Below, piece after piece: positions 49,222 through 62,338 of a DNA stretch of 64,000 bases (position 1 is its first letter; the number at the start of each line of letters is the position of its first letter). The position numbers and the translations under genes were made by a program. The stretch covers positions 67,518,001 to 67,582,000 of the forward strand of contig NC_042999.1 in NCBI RefSeq assembly GCF_006345805.1. Direction: 5' to 3'. The DNA is from Octopus sinensis (taxonomy: Eukaryota). The notes below the pieces were generated by a model, which saw nothing but the letters and a program-made list of their open reading frames with translations, was not told the origin of the DNA and ran no database searches.

Positions 49222-49424
49222 TATGAGGGGGTGCTGAAAAGTTCTTGGCTTTAAGGGTACTGTGAAAAGGCCTGGTTGGAGACCCAACCTTTAGAAAAAC
49301 TGCAGGACCACTGCAATAAGTGTGTAAATCTGAGAGGGGAATATTTTGAATAAAAATCATAATTAACTGATCCTCCTGTATTTTCTTTTACCCAAAGTCA
49401 GGAACTTTGCAGCACCCCACCGTA
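49222..49424. mobile_element. Mariner-derived MITE, same family, opposite orientation
   Basis: tatgagggggtgctgaaaagttct ... ggaactttgcagcaccccaccgta. The interior is the reverse complement of 18860-18990. Confidence 0.85.
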
Positions 49425-50671
49425 TATGATGTGACACCTATTTGGGTCCTTGTAAGCAGCAACAATTAATTCATCCTTTGCTTTATCACTATCACATGTA
49501 CATTGGGGTACCTTTTAATAGTGTGTATGTTGTTAGCATTCAGATCAGGTCTTAGGTTTGAGAGTAACTTGATATTTTGGTGTGTAATTCATGTGCTGTG
49601 ATTGCTCCCTATCTTTTCCCCTCTTGTCTTTGAGGTGGCCCTGCAGATATAAAAAAAAGTTTAAAATCATGGGCAGCACCCATGATTTTTGTTTGCAGGA
49701 CCAGTTCTAAGACTAATAAGGGCAACCTCTTCCAAGAATGGTGAGGGGCCACCCCTTCCAAAACTAGTGAAAGACCACCACCAAGACTCTGACTGACCTA
49801 TAATACCACCCCACTCCCCACAAAAGAAAAAAAAAAAGAAACAGGACTGAAATATATTCAAAATAGTCGAGTGACACACATACACCCCCACACAGAAATT
49901 ACTAAAATATTTTGTAATTTTAGTAAAGCCACACCTAAGTAGTTACTGAGACTGTTTTGATTTTGTTATTTGTGCAGGCTTATCTGTACAAAACAGAGGA
50001 ATGATCAGCCAAGATCATTCCTCTGTTTTATATATCAAGGGTTATTTTGTCCAATATGTCCTTTCCTTTTTTTAAGATGGTAGAGAGAAATTTGACTTCT
50101 ATTTCCAGCTGATCAAACTACTGCATAGGATCCCATTCATTTCACTTGCTTGGCCTGCTACAAACAGCGAGGCTAGCTTAGATAATGTGACCCTATATAT
50201 CCCTAAAAGGACAAGATGGTCACAGATAGTGCCTTTAATCATAAGTCTGCTTAATTAGAAAGTATTGATTGCCTGTCTTGTAATAATAGTTAGTATGCAG
50301 GGGTCAAGGTCATTGAATCGACTAATTTTATCAACTTCTAAATATGATAATGATTCAGTGATCTCTGCAGTTTCTGGTTACCATTTCTGACTTCTGTCTT
50401 AGATGATACACTGGTTCAGACAGAAGCACGTAGTACATCATCACCAGCAGCAGCACCACCACCATTACTATCATCAGCATTATTTTATATTTTCTTTTAC
50501 CATACTGGTTGGACGAGACTTATTGACTTTTAATGTTTTACAACCAGATGCTCTTTCTGACACTAACCTTTACTTGTTTTGCAAGTAAGGTATTTTTATT
50601 CTACAGTGTTTCACACATCAAAACCAACAGCACTGCCAAACTATGAGATATACCCTATTTTAACATGTATA

Positions 50672-51053
50672 AGGAGACCTATTGAGTCAAGTACATCAAT
50701 ATCAAAATAAATATGGAAATTGTAGTTAGTATACCTGTGCTGGTGGCACATAAAAAGCACCATCTGAGCGTGGCCGATGCCAGCACCGCCTTGACTGGCT
50801 TCTGTGCTGGTGGCATGTAAAAAGCACCAACTGATCGTGGATGCTGCCTGCCTCCCCTAGCACCTGTGCTGGTGGCACGTAAAAGGCACCCACTACACTC
50901 ATGGAGTGGTTGGTGTTAGGAAGGGCATCCAGCTGTAGAAACACTGCCAGATCAGACTGGAGCCTGGTGCAGCCTCTTGGCTTCCCAGACCCTGGTCAAA
51001 CCGTCCAATCCATGCTAGCATGGAAAACGGACGTTAAACGATGATGATGATGA
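50672..51053 (+). mobile_element. RTE 3'UTR/tail copy
   Basis: Begins ggagacctattgagtcaagtacatcaa as at 41830 and ends in (gat)n. Confidence 0.85.
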
Positions 51054-51904
51054 AGGAACTCTTGTGTATAAGGAAACCCTTAATTTTTGGGGCTTCTGTT
51101 CAGTTTCAATCTACCAAATCCACTCACAAGGCTTCAATCAACCTGGGACTATAAAAGATACTTTCCCAATGTGTCATGCAGTGGGACTGAACTCAGAACC
51201 ACTTGGTTGAGAAGCAAGCTTCTTGTCTCGCAACCACACTCATGCCTGCACCTCTTTAAGAACAGTCTAAAACAATAATTGATGATGGTCATGGTTCATT
51301 GTTAGTATATTTTATCTTTTAATCTAGAGATAATAAAGCTCCTTATCAATTGTGAGACCATTTCCTTTACATAATCTTTAAATAGGGTTCAAATATTTGT
51401 ACAGAAAAATAGATGTCCCAACATTGATGACGATGGTGTAGCATAAGAATGATCAGACTGAAGTCACAGTTTACTTTTGATGGTCTGAGTGAAAATGATG
51501 CAGGATTTACAGACAGAAAACACACATACACTACAACATAGATGCATATATAAGTACTTGTAGCTGGCAGTGATACACACACATGCACACACACACGATT
51601 ATGTAGGTGTATGCAGACATGCATGTCACTATCACATAAACACATACATTGATACTTCCAATAGGTAGGCATACACACGATTTCATATACATATATATTC
51701 CACACACTAGTGTCACATATGTGCCAACATTGATATATATCCTGTTGGTAGTTGTACACACAGACATGAAAGAGTTGAAAGCACAATAAGTGATATTTAT
51801 AACAATGAGGTAGACACAGTAAAATCAGTTAAGAGGTCACAGACTTTGATTCTCTCAATGGAATAATTGAATTAACAAATCTAGTATTAATTACAATGCA
51901 TGTG

Positions 51905-52605
51905 GCAGATGACAGCGCTGCCTGACTGGCGTCTGTGTCGGTGACACATAAAAGTAGCAACCGATCGTGGCCGTTTGCCAGCCTGCTCTGGCACCTGTGC
52001 CAGTGGCACGTAAAAAGCACCCACTACACTCATGGAGTGGTTGGCGTTAGTAAATGCATCCAGCTGTAGAAACACTGCCAGATCAGACTGGATCCTGGTG
52101 TAGCCTCCTGGCTTCCCAGACCCCAGTCGAACCGTCCAACCCATGCTAGCATCGAAAACGGACATTAAACGATTAAGATGATGATGGTTATTATTAACTA
52201 AGGATTCTGCCAAAATGTAATGTTTCAACTCTGTTACCAAATGTACATATGTATGCACATACATAAAAAATATATATTCACACACACACACACACACACA
52301 CATTTTGTGTGTGTGTATCGATATATTTTGTATATGTGTATGTTTATATATATAGTTTGTGTATGTGTGTATGGAGCTAAGTGAAATTGTAGTCATGGCA
52401 GATACTGGTGTCCTGTAACTGGCACCTGTGCCAGTGGCACATAAAAGCACCCATTACATTCCCAGAGTGGTTGGCTTTAGGAAGGACATCCAGCTGTAGA
52501 AAACCGTGCCACATCAGACTGGAGTCTGGTGCAGCCCCTCAGTTTGCCAGCTCTCGTCAAACTGTCCAACTCATACTAGTATGGACGTTAAATGTTGATG
52601 ATGGT
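51905..52605 (+). mobile_element. Two RTE 3'UTR/tail copies (51905-52190, 52405-52605)
   Basis: Same family. Confidence 0.8.
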
Positions 52606-53404
52606 ATATATGGCAAATTGGCCAAGTTGTTAGAGCATAAGATAAATTACCTTGTGGTATTTGTTCTGGCTCTCCGTGCTTTGGGTTCAATTCCTCTGAG
52701 GTACACTTTGTTTATCATCCATTCGAGTTTGATAAAGAACCAGTCGTGTACTAGGATTAATTCTCTCTGTCTCTCATTTTGGAAGAAATTGGCTAAGGTT
52801 AAACCTGAAGAAGGGAACAGTTCTGTCAAGTCTAAAAATTGTCCAAGACACTGTATGTCATGAAAGTGCCCCCTTTGACTCCATCAGTAGACTCCAAGCA
52901 AGACGTGTGTGTGAATGCATAAATATACATTTACTTACTTGTATGCATACATGCACAAATATATTTATGTAAGCATCTGCACATAAGAGTAGATATTTTA
53001 TCAGCTATTACAACGACGCTGATATTTATCCATCAACAAATAGTCAGCATTATTATTGGCTTCTAACTAGGTGAAAGGGCATTTGTGATTTACATCCAAT
53101 GCTAAATGCCATGGTGGGTTGTGTATTTGTCCTCGGTTCCCTGTGCTAAAGAGACAGTAGAATATAATATTGGAGTAAATTTTTATCAATGTATAAGAGT
53201 AATTACAATTTGTGAATGATATGTTTAAAAAAAAAAAAACCAACCTTTGAACAATGCAAGTGGAAAGTTAAGTAAGATATGTAAAGTGCTGTCAGTAAAT
53301 GTCATCTTAGATTGTGCGATACATTTCTAATATTTTGGGAAAGACTCTCCTTATCAAATATAAGAGAGAAAACAATCCGAGAGTTTAGAGAAAGTGTTAC
53401 TTAC

Positions 53405-53760
53405 TGGCAGGCAATTCTGGTGTGTTTAATTTCATCAGTATTTAGTTTTGTCCATAACTTTTTCCTAGTTGAAACACTACCAGGTCAGATTGAAATGATA
53501 TAGCATATCTGTAGAATATATTTATTAATGGAATATGTGTGTGTAACAAAACTGCACTGAGATTTGGTGTATTATACAAGATCACACACAAGCATGTGGG
53601 ACTAAGAGGAAGAGCATACAAAGCACAAATCAGAAACCCCTTGAGTCTATGCTCAACCATTTCAGTATAGTCTGAAAGAAAGCTCTTTGGATCATTGGAG
53701 TCGACAGTTGATTCCATAAAAAAGCTTACCATCAGAACACAAGTTGTTGCAGTAACAGTA
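53405..53760 (-). CDS. Three candidate small exons (53730-53760, 53620-53671, 53405-53464)
   Basis: Phase-compatible gt/ag exons giving YCYCNNLCSD-DYTEMVEHRLKGFLICA-LKKLWTKLNTDEIKHTRIAC. Donors are gtaagc, gtatgc and gtaagt. One intron is only 58 nt, and the chain could be a chance fit. Confidence 0.25.
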
Positions 53761-54417
53761 CTTAGATTTATAGCTTGTATATATGATTATTTATGTTCTA
53801 TCTGATAATCTCTCTTTTAAACCATTCCAGGATCATTGTTTTCCATCAAAAGTACCAATAAGTAGACTCAAGTTAAGTGAAGTAGCTACTTCAGTGAACT
53901 GACATCAGATTGTAGACAAAATTTGAGGCCAACTTCCTTTTACATGATATTGTTCATGTGTGTGTGTGTATGATTAAGAAGTCTGCTTCAGAATCATGGG
54001 GATCTCAGATTCAGTTCTTTTGCGTGGCACATGGGTAAGTGTATTCTGCTGAAACCCTGGGGTGACCTAGTAGTGAATTCGGTTGATGGAAACTAAGAGA
54101 AGCCTTGTGTGTGTGTGTGTGTGTGTATTTAAACTAGTTAAATTTCAGTTTTTAAACTTTTTACTGTGGGATTTCAGCAATGTATTCATATCATTTTAAA
54201 GTTCCACAGCAAAATGCTTAAAAACCTACAGGGGTATAAAAAGCATGTGTATATATTCATATGGTTGTGTGTGTGTGTGATACTGTTTTTCCTTGAACAT
54301 TTAAACAGCTGTACTATATTGTTTTACCATTGCTTGTTATAGAAGTGACTAAAAGGGATGGCATCAAGAAGGATATCTGATCAGAAAATAGTGTCTTAAA
54401 ATGTTATGTCTAACTTG

Positions 54418-54960
54418 TGCCAGCATAGAAAGTCATCATCATCATTTAAAGTCTGTTGTCCATGCTGGCATGGGTTGGATGGTTTGACCAGGGCTAGTAA
54501 ACTGAAGGGGTGCCCCAGACTGCAGTCTGATTTGGCATGGTTTTTATGGCTTGATGTTCTTCCTAATGCCAACCACTCCAAGAGTGTAATGGCTGCTTTT
54601 ATGTGTCACCGGCACAGGTACCAGTTGTGTGATAACAGTATGTGCCACAGCTACGATTTCACTTGGCTTGACGGGTCTTCTTCTCAAGTACAGCAAATTG
54701 CTAAAAATGTAAGTCATTTGTCATTGCTTCCATGAGGCCCAACACTTTTTACATGCCACTGGCATGTGTGCCAGTTACACGACATCGGCATTGGTTACAT
54801 TGCCTCCGTGAGGCTCAACGTTCGACAGGAGCTTTTTACGTGCCACTAGCATGGGTGCCAGTTGCCTCTGTAAGGGCCAATGCTCAAAAGTTGTTTTTAA
54901 CGTGCCACCAGCACAGGTGCCAATTATTTGAAACCAGCATCAGGTATGACTATGATTTTT
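54418..54960 (-). mobile_element. Older RTE 3'UTR copy
   Basis: Same tail and core, diverged and CpG-decayed. Confidence 0.75.
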
Positions 54961-55682
54961 TTTGACAAGTCTTCTGAAGCACAGTGTATTGCCAAAGGTC
55001 TCAGTCATCTGTCATTGCCCCTGTGAGGCCCTACCTTGATAATGCTATATTGTACCAGCTGCTTCCTTGGTTGTATCTGTATTAAATAAATTTAGATACT
55101 GTAAAACACTCAACCTTTTAGCATTTAAACCTGCCCTGTCTCGCCCAAAATATTTTGCTTGTTTTACATTCAAACTGACTAGATCCAGCATATCACATTT
55201 ATCCTACAATGTCATTCTAAAAATAAACAGTCGCATCATTGAAATCTTGAAGCTGCAAGATAATGCATGGCTAATTCAAAACATTGTGAATAAATTAGAA
55301 TTTGCAGAGTAATCTGATTGCTAAAGTAATCTGATATTCTGTTGAAGACAATTATGTAACCTACTCTGTGGAATTTAGTATTTATATCTAAACCACAACT
55401 GGCCTTCCACCTTGCCAAAAATAAAACTGACAACCTGTTGATAGATAAATCTCATTGTTATTGTAATAGATGAGAAAATATGTAGTCTCATGTACATGTG
55501 TAAATGTATTTGTGTGTGTGAGAAAAAAAATATATATGTCTGGAAAAATAATATATATATGTCTGACACAGTTTTGACACTCATTAGATCCTGTCAAACT
55601 GTCCAACACATGCTAGCATAGAAGATGAACATTAAATGATGATGGTCATTATATATATATATACATATATATATATATACAC

Positions 55683-56108
55683 TTTACTCTTTTCAGTCAT
55701 TTGACTGGCCATGCTGGAGCACTGCCTTTAGTCGAGCAAATCGACCCCAGGACTTATTCTTTGTAAGCCTAGTACTTATTCTTTCAGTCTCTTTTGCCGA
55801 ACCGCTAAGTTACAGGGACATAAACACACCAGCATCAGTTGTCAAGCAATGTTGGGGGGACAGGCACAGACACGCAAACATGCACACACATACACATATA
55901 TCATGCTAGCATGGAAAGCGGACATTAAACGATGATGATATACATATATACAATGGGCTTCTTTCAGCCTCTGTCTGCCAAATCCACTCGCAAGGCTTTG
56001 GTAGGCCTGAGGCTATTGTAGAAGACACTTGCCCAAGGTGCCACGCAGTGGGACTGAACCCAGAACCATGTGGTTGGTAAGCAAGCTACTTACCACACAC
56101 CCACTCCT
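55683..56108 (-). mobile_element. SINE family A with a nested 40-bp RTE tail (about 55900-55940)
   Basis: Reverse-complement family A with catgctagcatggaaagcggacattaaacgatgatgat inserted in the central microsatellite. Confidence 0.85.
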
Positions 56109-56220
56109 ACATATATATATATATAAGTTCAGCAAAATTTAGATTCAGATGAATATGGTACTTAAGTTAAAGGCACCAGAATTTTGTATGGTATTATCCA
56201 TATAAATCAAATGGGGTGAT

Positions 56221-56362
56221 TATAATCAAAATAAGCCACAAGGATATCCAAGGTAGAGTAGTTACAGTGTTTAATAAATACTTACAATGTTTAATAAAAT
56301 GAAGTAGCATGAAACACTTGTACTACTCTACCTTGGATATCCTTGTTGCTTATTTTGATTAT
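56221..56362. mobile_element. MITE with ~42-bp TIRs
   Basis: tataatcaaaataagccacaaggatatccaaggtagagtagt / actactctaccttggatatccttgttgcttattttgattata. A decayed arm also occurs near 28700-28740. Confidence 0.82.
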
Positions 56363-56864
56363 ACATATATATATATGAGTGAGTGGACAAATGAAAGAAA
56401 GCGGCTGTATCTCTCCATTCAGTAAGCTGAGCCTGAATGACCTAGGTTTCTGTAAGAAGCCTGCAAAATTTCAAGTCACATGGAACTGAATCACGCTGTT
56501 TTAAATAATACACTTACACACATACAAATAATGTTGGCAAGTGGCCTAGTGGTTAACATTTTTCGCTCATGATTGCAAGATCATAGTTTCAATTTCCGGA
56601 CTAGGAGGTGTGTTGTGTTCTTGAGCAAAAGACTTCTTTTCTCATTGCCTTGCGACCACAATGATATCTCATGTATGGTACACCATCGACCTGCATAGGC
56701 AATGAGCTAATATACAGCACAAGCATTTCATCACTGTAAGCAAACCATCTGTGCATGTTCATCTAGAAGTTGCGGAATGCTCATCTGTTGTCTATAACAG
56801 GAAAGCCCACTGTATGTGTGTGAGTGTGTGTGAGTGGATGCTTATGATAGCTGGTCAAAGGGGA

Positions 56865-57575
56865 TGACAGTGTCAATGCAAGGCATTCATTCTCCCCTGC
56901 CTCCAGTATGTCGTTTCTCATGGGATATAATGTGATTGACAAGGCTGATATGAGACAGGCAGATCCTGTTGCACCGGGGTGGGTGTGGGAGTACCTGAAA
57001 GTGACCCTGAACAACAATTTCAGTGGGTTGATGATGATGACATCCCCTCCTGTCTTCGTATGTGGTGCTTAAAAAGACATGATCAAAGCTAAGTAAAAGC
57101 ATGGTTGTCCTTGCATACACGCATGTCCCCTATATCTTTCTCCATCTGAGTGTTCCTAATCATCTGAGCTTGTAGGTGCTGGTGCCATGTAAGTGCACAT
57201 ATGTTGGTGCTGCATGTAAGCACCCAGTACACTCTGTAAAGTGGGTGGCGTTAGGAAGGGCATCCAGCTGTAGAAACCATGCAAAAACTATCCTGGAGCC
57301 TGGGAAGCTCCTCTCAAACCTTCCAACCCATACCAGCATGGAAAACGGACGTTAAATGATGATGAAGGTGATATATATATATATGTAAATGCTTGTGACA
57401 GTGTTGATCCAAGACCTTCATTCTTCTCTGCTTCCAATATGTAGTTTCTCATGGGAGCGAATGTAGTTGACAAGACTGATATTGAGATAGGCGGATCCTG
57501 TTGTACTGAGGGCACTGAAAGAACCCTGAACAACAACTGCAGGGGATTGATGACTACATCTCCTCCTCTCTTTAT
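56865..57575 (-). mobile_element. Two diverged 3'-end fragments of another RTE family (56865-57055, 57397-57575)
   Basis: Two ~190-bp homologous blocks. One frame reads PRCNRICLSHISLVNHIISHEKRH, like the C2H2-type terminal motif of RTE ORF2. Confidence 0.55.
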
Positions 57576-57929
57576 ATATATAAAATGTATATACACATAC
57601 ATACACACTCTTGTATATGTTTAACAATAGCTTGGAACATATATATCGGGTCACCAAAATCATTTAAGTGCTTAAGGCCTTAAAGGGCTGGATTAGGATC
57701 AATAAAGTGCTTAAGGCCTTTATCGATCCTAATCCAGCCCTGTATTCGCTTTACATTTATTTGGTACTAGTTTTTGTAGATATTTTTTTATGTTTTGTCT
57801 TTTTAAATATTTGTTGCTTCTCCTTTTGTTATGTCAGTGTTGTCAGTCCTTATTTTACAGAATTGATGTGGTACCCCCAACCCATCTCTTGTCATAAAGA
57901 GTATACATGTGAGATGGCAAATTAAATCA

Positions 57930-58418
57930 TAGTTGTGGCCGATGCCTGTGTCACATAACTGGCACCTGTGCTGATGACACATAAAACGCACCTTTCAAAC
58001 ATTGGGCCTCACAGGGGCAATGTGGCCGGTGCCAGTGTTGCTTAACCGACACCCACACTGGTGGCTCGTAAAGAGCACTTTTTGAGTATTGGGCCTCAAG
58101 GAGGCAATGACAAATGATCGAAACCTTTGGCAATATGCCGGGCTTGAGAAAAAGACCCATCAAGCCAAGTGAAATAGTAGTGGGGTCACCACTACTATTA
58201 GTGATAGCGAGTAGTTTCATGCAACTGGCACCTGTGCTGGTGACATGTAGAAGCACCTATTACACTCTGAGTGGTTGGAGTTAGGAAGGGCATGCAGCCA
58301 TAGAAACCATGCCAGATCAGACTGGAGTCAGGTGCAGCCCCTCAGCTTACCAGCGCTGGTCAAACCTTCCAACCCATGCCAGCATGGACAACATACATTA
58401 AATAATGATGATGATGAT
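57930..58418 (+). mobile_element. Older RTE 3'UTR copy
   Basis: Same tail and core; its internal segment resembles 54720-54900. Confidence 0.75.
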
Positions 58419-58624
58419 ATTAGATTTCCAGCAGTGTTTGGTTTATTATAGTTTGTAGTTGCATTTCTTTGCTAATTTGTTTCCACTTGTTTATTTGTTT
58501 CTCTGTTTGTTAGTTTGTTGGCCTTGTTTATTTTAAATTGTATAGTCATGATGATTGTGTTCAACTCGTGTTTGGATGCTTGTAGTGTATTTTTGCTTTA
58601 TCTTTTTTATGTCTTTTATCTTAT

Positions 58625-58980
58625 TTTAGTCATTGTGTTGTGGCCATGCTGGGATATTGCCTTGAAGAGGCAAACAAATTGACCCTGGTATTTTAAAATT
58701 TTTTTAAGTCTAGTATTTATTCTATTGATCTCTTTTGCTGAACTGCTAAGTTACAGGGGGTATAAAGAAACCAATACCTGTTACGCAGTGGTAGAGGACA
58801 AACCCAAATACACATACACACACACATGTGATGGGCTTCCATAAAGCCTCTGTTTACCAAATTCATTCACAAGGTATTGATTGGCCCTGACGTATAGGAG
58901 AAGATGCTTGCCCAGGGTGCTGTGCAATGGTATTGAACCTGAAGCCATGTGGTAGCAAAGCAAGCTTCTTAACCACATGA
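58625..58980 (-). mobile_element. SINE family A, diverged
   Basis: Reverse-complement family A. Confidence 0.75.
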
Positions 58981-59466
58981 TCCTTTTTTAAAATTTGTTT
59001 TTTATTTCTGTGTATATGCTGTTCTTTAAATTACCACATCCTTAACATACATAGTTAGTTATGTTTTAAATACCCCCTTTAACAGCTGTTTCAAACACTG
59101 TTTTGGTGTACTTACCTCTAATGATTAGGGTAGAGGGACACAACAGCTATGAAGCTCTGACTGACTTCATCTTTTCTGCCTCTGCTATAGTTGCCATCAT
59201 CACCACCACCAGCTATTGGAAGGTCTGTGTAGTCATTTGTTTGACCTGATACGAAAAAAAAAAATTACTTCACTTTCAAATCACACCTTACCATCTTAAG
59301 AAAAAAAGCAGTGAAAATTCACATTGAACTTGCACCTGACTAGCATAGCTCTTAGGATCATTTGGGTATACAAGCCATCACAATGCAAAAAGGACTGGGC
59401 CTTGTGGTGGATAGTGTACTTCATGGATAGTATGTCTGTGATTGTAGGTCTGCGTGATCAGTGCAT

Positions 59467-59539
59467 GTTGACCTGGAACTAAACCACAAGTGTGCAGAAG
59501 TTGACCTGGAACTAAACCACAAGTGTGCAGAAGTTGACC
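59467..59539. repeat. 33-bp tandem duplication
   Basis: gttgacctggaactaaaccacaagtgtgcagaa x2 + gttgacc. Confidence 0.9.
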
Positions 59540-60548
59540 GGACAGTAGAGAGAGTGCTCATGTCCAGACTGTCTCATTGCTATGTGGTCAAGAAGTTCAT
59601 TGTTGGTTTGATTGTGTCCCTGTAACGTTAGCAGTTTGGCAAAAGAGACTGACAGAATAGGTACCAGAGTTTTTTTAAAACAAAAAGACAGGGGTCAATT
59701 TGTTCAACTGTACCTTTCAAGGTAGTACCCTGGTAAGGTACTGAAACAAGTAAATGTGTTCCAAACTCCAGCTTACTTGGACAAAGTTATTTTACTGAAT
59801 CCCTCTAAATACTTGACCAATTTCGAAATTAATTGAAATGCAGACTGTATATTTTCATGAGATTATTATATTAATTTGTGATTATTATATTTTTAATCCT
59901 TATGTGACAAAATCAGATCTCTTTTAATCCTTTCGTGGCATTTGGTGATGAAGTTAACAATATAATTTTTCCAACTCCTGACAGTGGGCTAATGTTTATA
60001 AATCTGTATGTGAATCATTGGATATATTCGCACGTCTTACACTTTGATAATCTCACAATTTATGATTTTGGCATGTCTTACAATGTGTGTTTAATTGACG
60101 CATTAATTGGTTAGCTTGGTAAACTGACTAGAAGCAGCACGAGTGTTGTTAGCCTCAGGCCACTGTTGATCAAGCTGACCTGTGATCAAAGGCATTCTAG
60201 CTGTGAGCATTGTGTTTTTCTTTTTACTTTTGTTTTTCAAACACCATTTACCTAGGACCACATTATCCATTGTAAGACTTGACAGGCATGATTTGAGGGA
60301 AATTTGGTTGCTATTACCATCAGGTTGAGTGATCACAAAGAGGGTTCTTTGTCGGTATGTTTGTTGGTTAGTGAATATAGTACACTCTCTCTCTCTCTTG
60401 TGCAAGTAGGTTATTTCAACATTTTTCTTTGTCCTTTGTGGAATTTATTGATGTCATGCAACTTTTTATATATTATTAGCTTCAAAATTTCTCATGTGAT
60501 CAAAAAAGATTTCAGCATGGAAGACGGATATTAAATGATACATAAATG

Positions 60549-60579
<31 letters not shown>

Positions 60580-60817
60580 TGTAGCTTCTAAATTATAACT
60601 ATATAATGGGTGTTGAATCTGTGTCAGTAGTAATGTATATATCAAAGAGAGATTGTACACACGCGTACACACCACTGTATGGAATCTGGTTTTAGATTAG
60701 GGTTTCTGTGTTGTGTGTTGTAAGAAGAGGTGGCTAAAATGGTTGTTGATCAGAAGGGCATCTGGCTAGAATACCATGTAGCTCATGCCAGTTTGAAAAA
60801 ACAGACAAGCATAAAAC

Positions 60818-60849
<32 letters not shown>

Positions 60850-61689
60850 CATCGTTTAACGTCCGCTTTCCATGCTAGCATTGGTTGGACAATTTTGACT
60901 GAGGGCTGGCGAACCAGATGGCTGCACCAGGCTCCAATCTTGATTTGGCAGAGTTTCAACAGCTTGATGCCCTTCCTAATGCCAACCACTCCGAGAGTGT
61001 AGAAATATATATATATTATCAGTGGAGGGAAGTTGTGGGAAAGTGAGACCCAGCAACACATGGCACAAAGTAGTGAAAGCTGATCTCAAGATGCTGAACT
61101 TCACGAAGATGACAGAGGACGGAGATATGTGGAACATTTCTGTACTCAAAAAGCCCCAGCCACCACAACAGAATTGATACCCTAAAACCAAGGTGTCATT
61201 TATAAAAAAAAAACATTGGTGTGGATGCTGGTGCTATGAAAGAAAGCACTGGTGATGGTGCCATGTAAAAAGCACCCAGTACTCTATGTGAAGTGGGTGG
61301 GTGGTTGATGTTTGGGCATTCAATTGTAGAAAACAAGCCAAAACAAATAATGGAACCTGGTGCAGCCCCTAGCTTTGCCAGTTCCTGTCAAGCCATCCAA
61401 CCCATACCAGCATGGAAAACAGATGTTAAAATGATGATGATGATATGATATCAACAATATATATATATATATATATATATAAAAGAATTTATAACGTTTC
61501 GTTAGAATGTGAAATAATTCTTTTTTTTTTCTATGGAACAGTGGATGTTGAAGTACTTAAAACTATGAATAATAGCTTTGACTTTTTCTGTTCAAAAGGG
61601 TTTTTATCTCTGTATTAATGTGCTATCATAATGTCTTGTGTTTTGAGATCCACAGTTCCAAAAAAGTATTATATAAACACCCACACACT

Positions 61690-61992
61690 AATATATATAT
61701 ATTACTTCCTTATTCTTATTTAATCTAGTTTCAGCTCTCTTGAGCTGTGGCCATGCCATTTGGTGTTGCTACATAATTTTACTTAACGAATGTCTTTTAG
61801 GAATTGACATTTGGTGCGCAAGAGAGTTTGATGCAGCTGCCCTCATCTGCACCTCCTGCTGCGAGGCTGGTTCATCTGGGACACTTGACAGGAAGAGGTC
61901 CAGTTTTATTTTGAAGACACCTACATCCACCCCATGCAGGTCTCTCAGGTCCTTTGGGAGGATATTGAAGAGCTGTGGATCTCTGAAGCCCA
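61690..61992 (-). mobile_element. CR1-clade LINE 3' end
   Basis: NSLGFRDPQLFNILPKDLRDLHGVDVGVFKIKLDLFLSSVPDEP...RAAASNSLAHQ is a typical CR1 ORF2 C-terminus, followed by a short 3'UTR. Confidence 0.8.
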
Positions 61993-62019
61993 AGCTATTG
62001 CAGTATATATATACACCCC

Positions 62020-62338
62020 CCGTGCCGGTGGCAAGCCTCGCCTGGCCCCTGTGCCGGTGGCAGTCCGTTGCCAGCCTCGCCTGGCCCCCGTGCCGGTGGC
62101 ACATAAAAAGCACCATCCGTTCGTGGCCGTTTGCCAGCTCTGTCTGGCACCAGTGCGGGTGGCACGTAAAAAGCACCCACTACACTCACGGAGTGGTTGG
62201 CGTTAGGAAGGGCATCCAGCCGTAGAAACACTGCCAGATTTGACTGGGCCTGATGAAGCCTTCTGGCTTCACAGACCCCAGTAGAACCGTCCAACCCATG
62301 CTAGCATGGAAAATGGACGCTAAACGACGATGATGATG
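62020..62338 (+). mobile_element. Young RTE 3'UTR/tail copy
   Basis: CpG-rich, with internal 34-bp duplicated units and a (gat)n tail. Confidence 0.85.
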
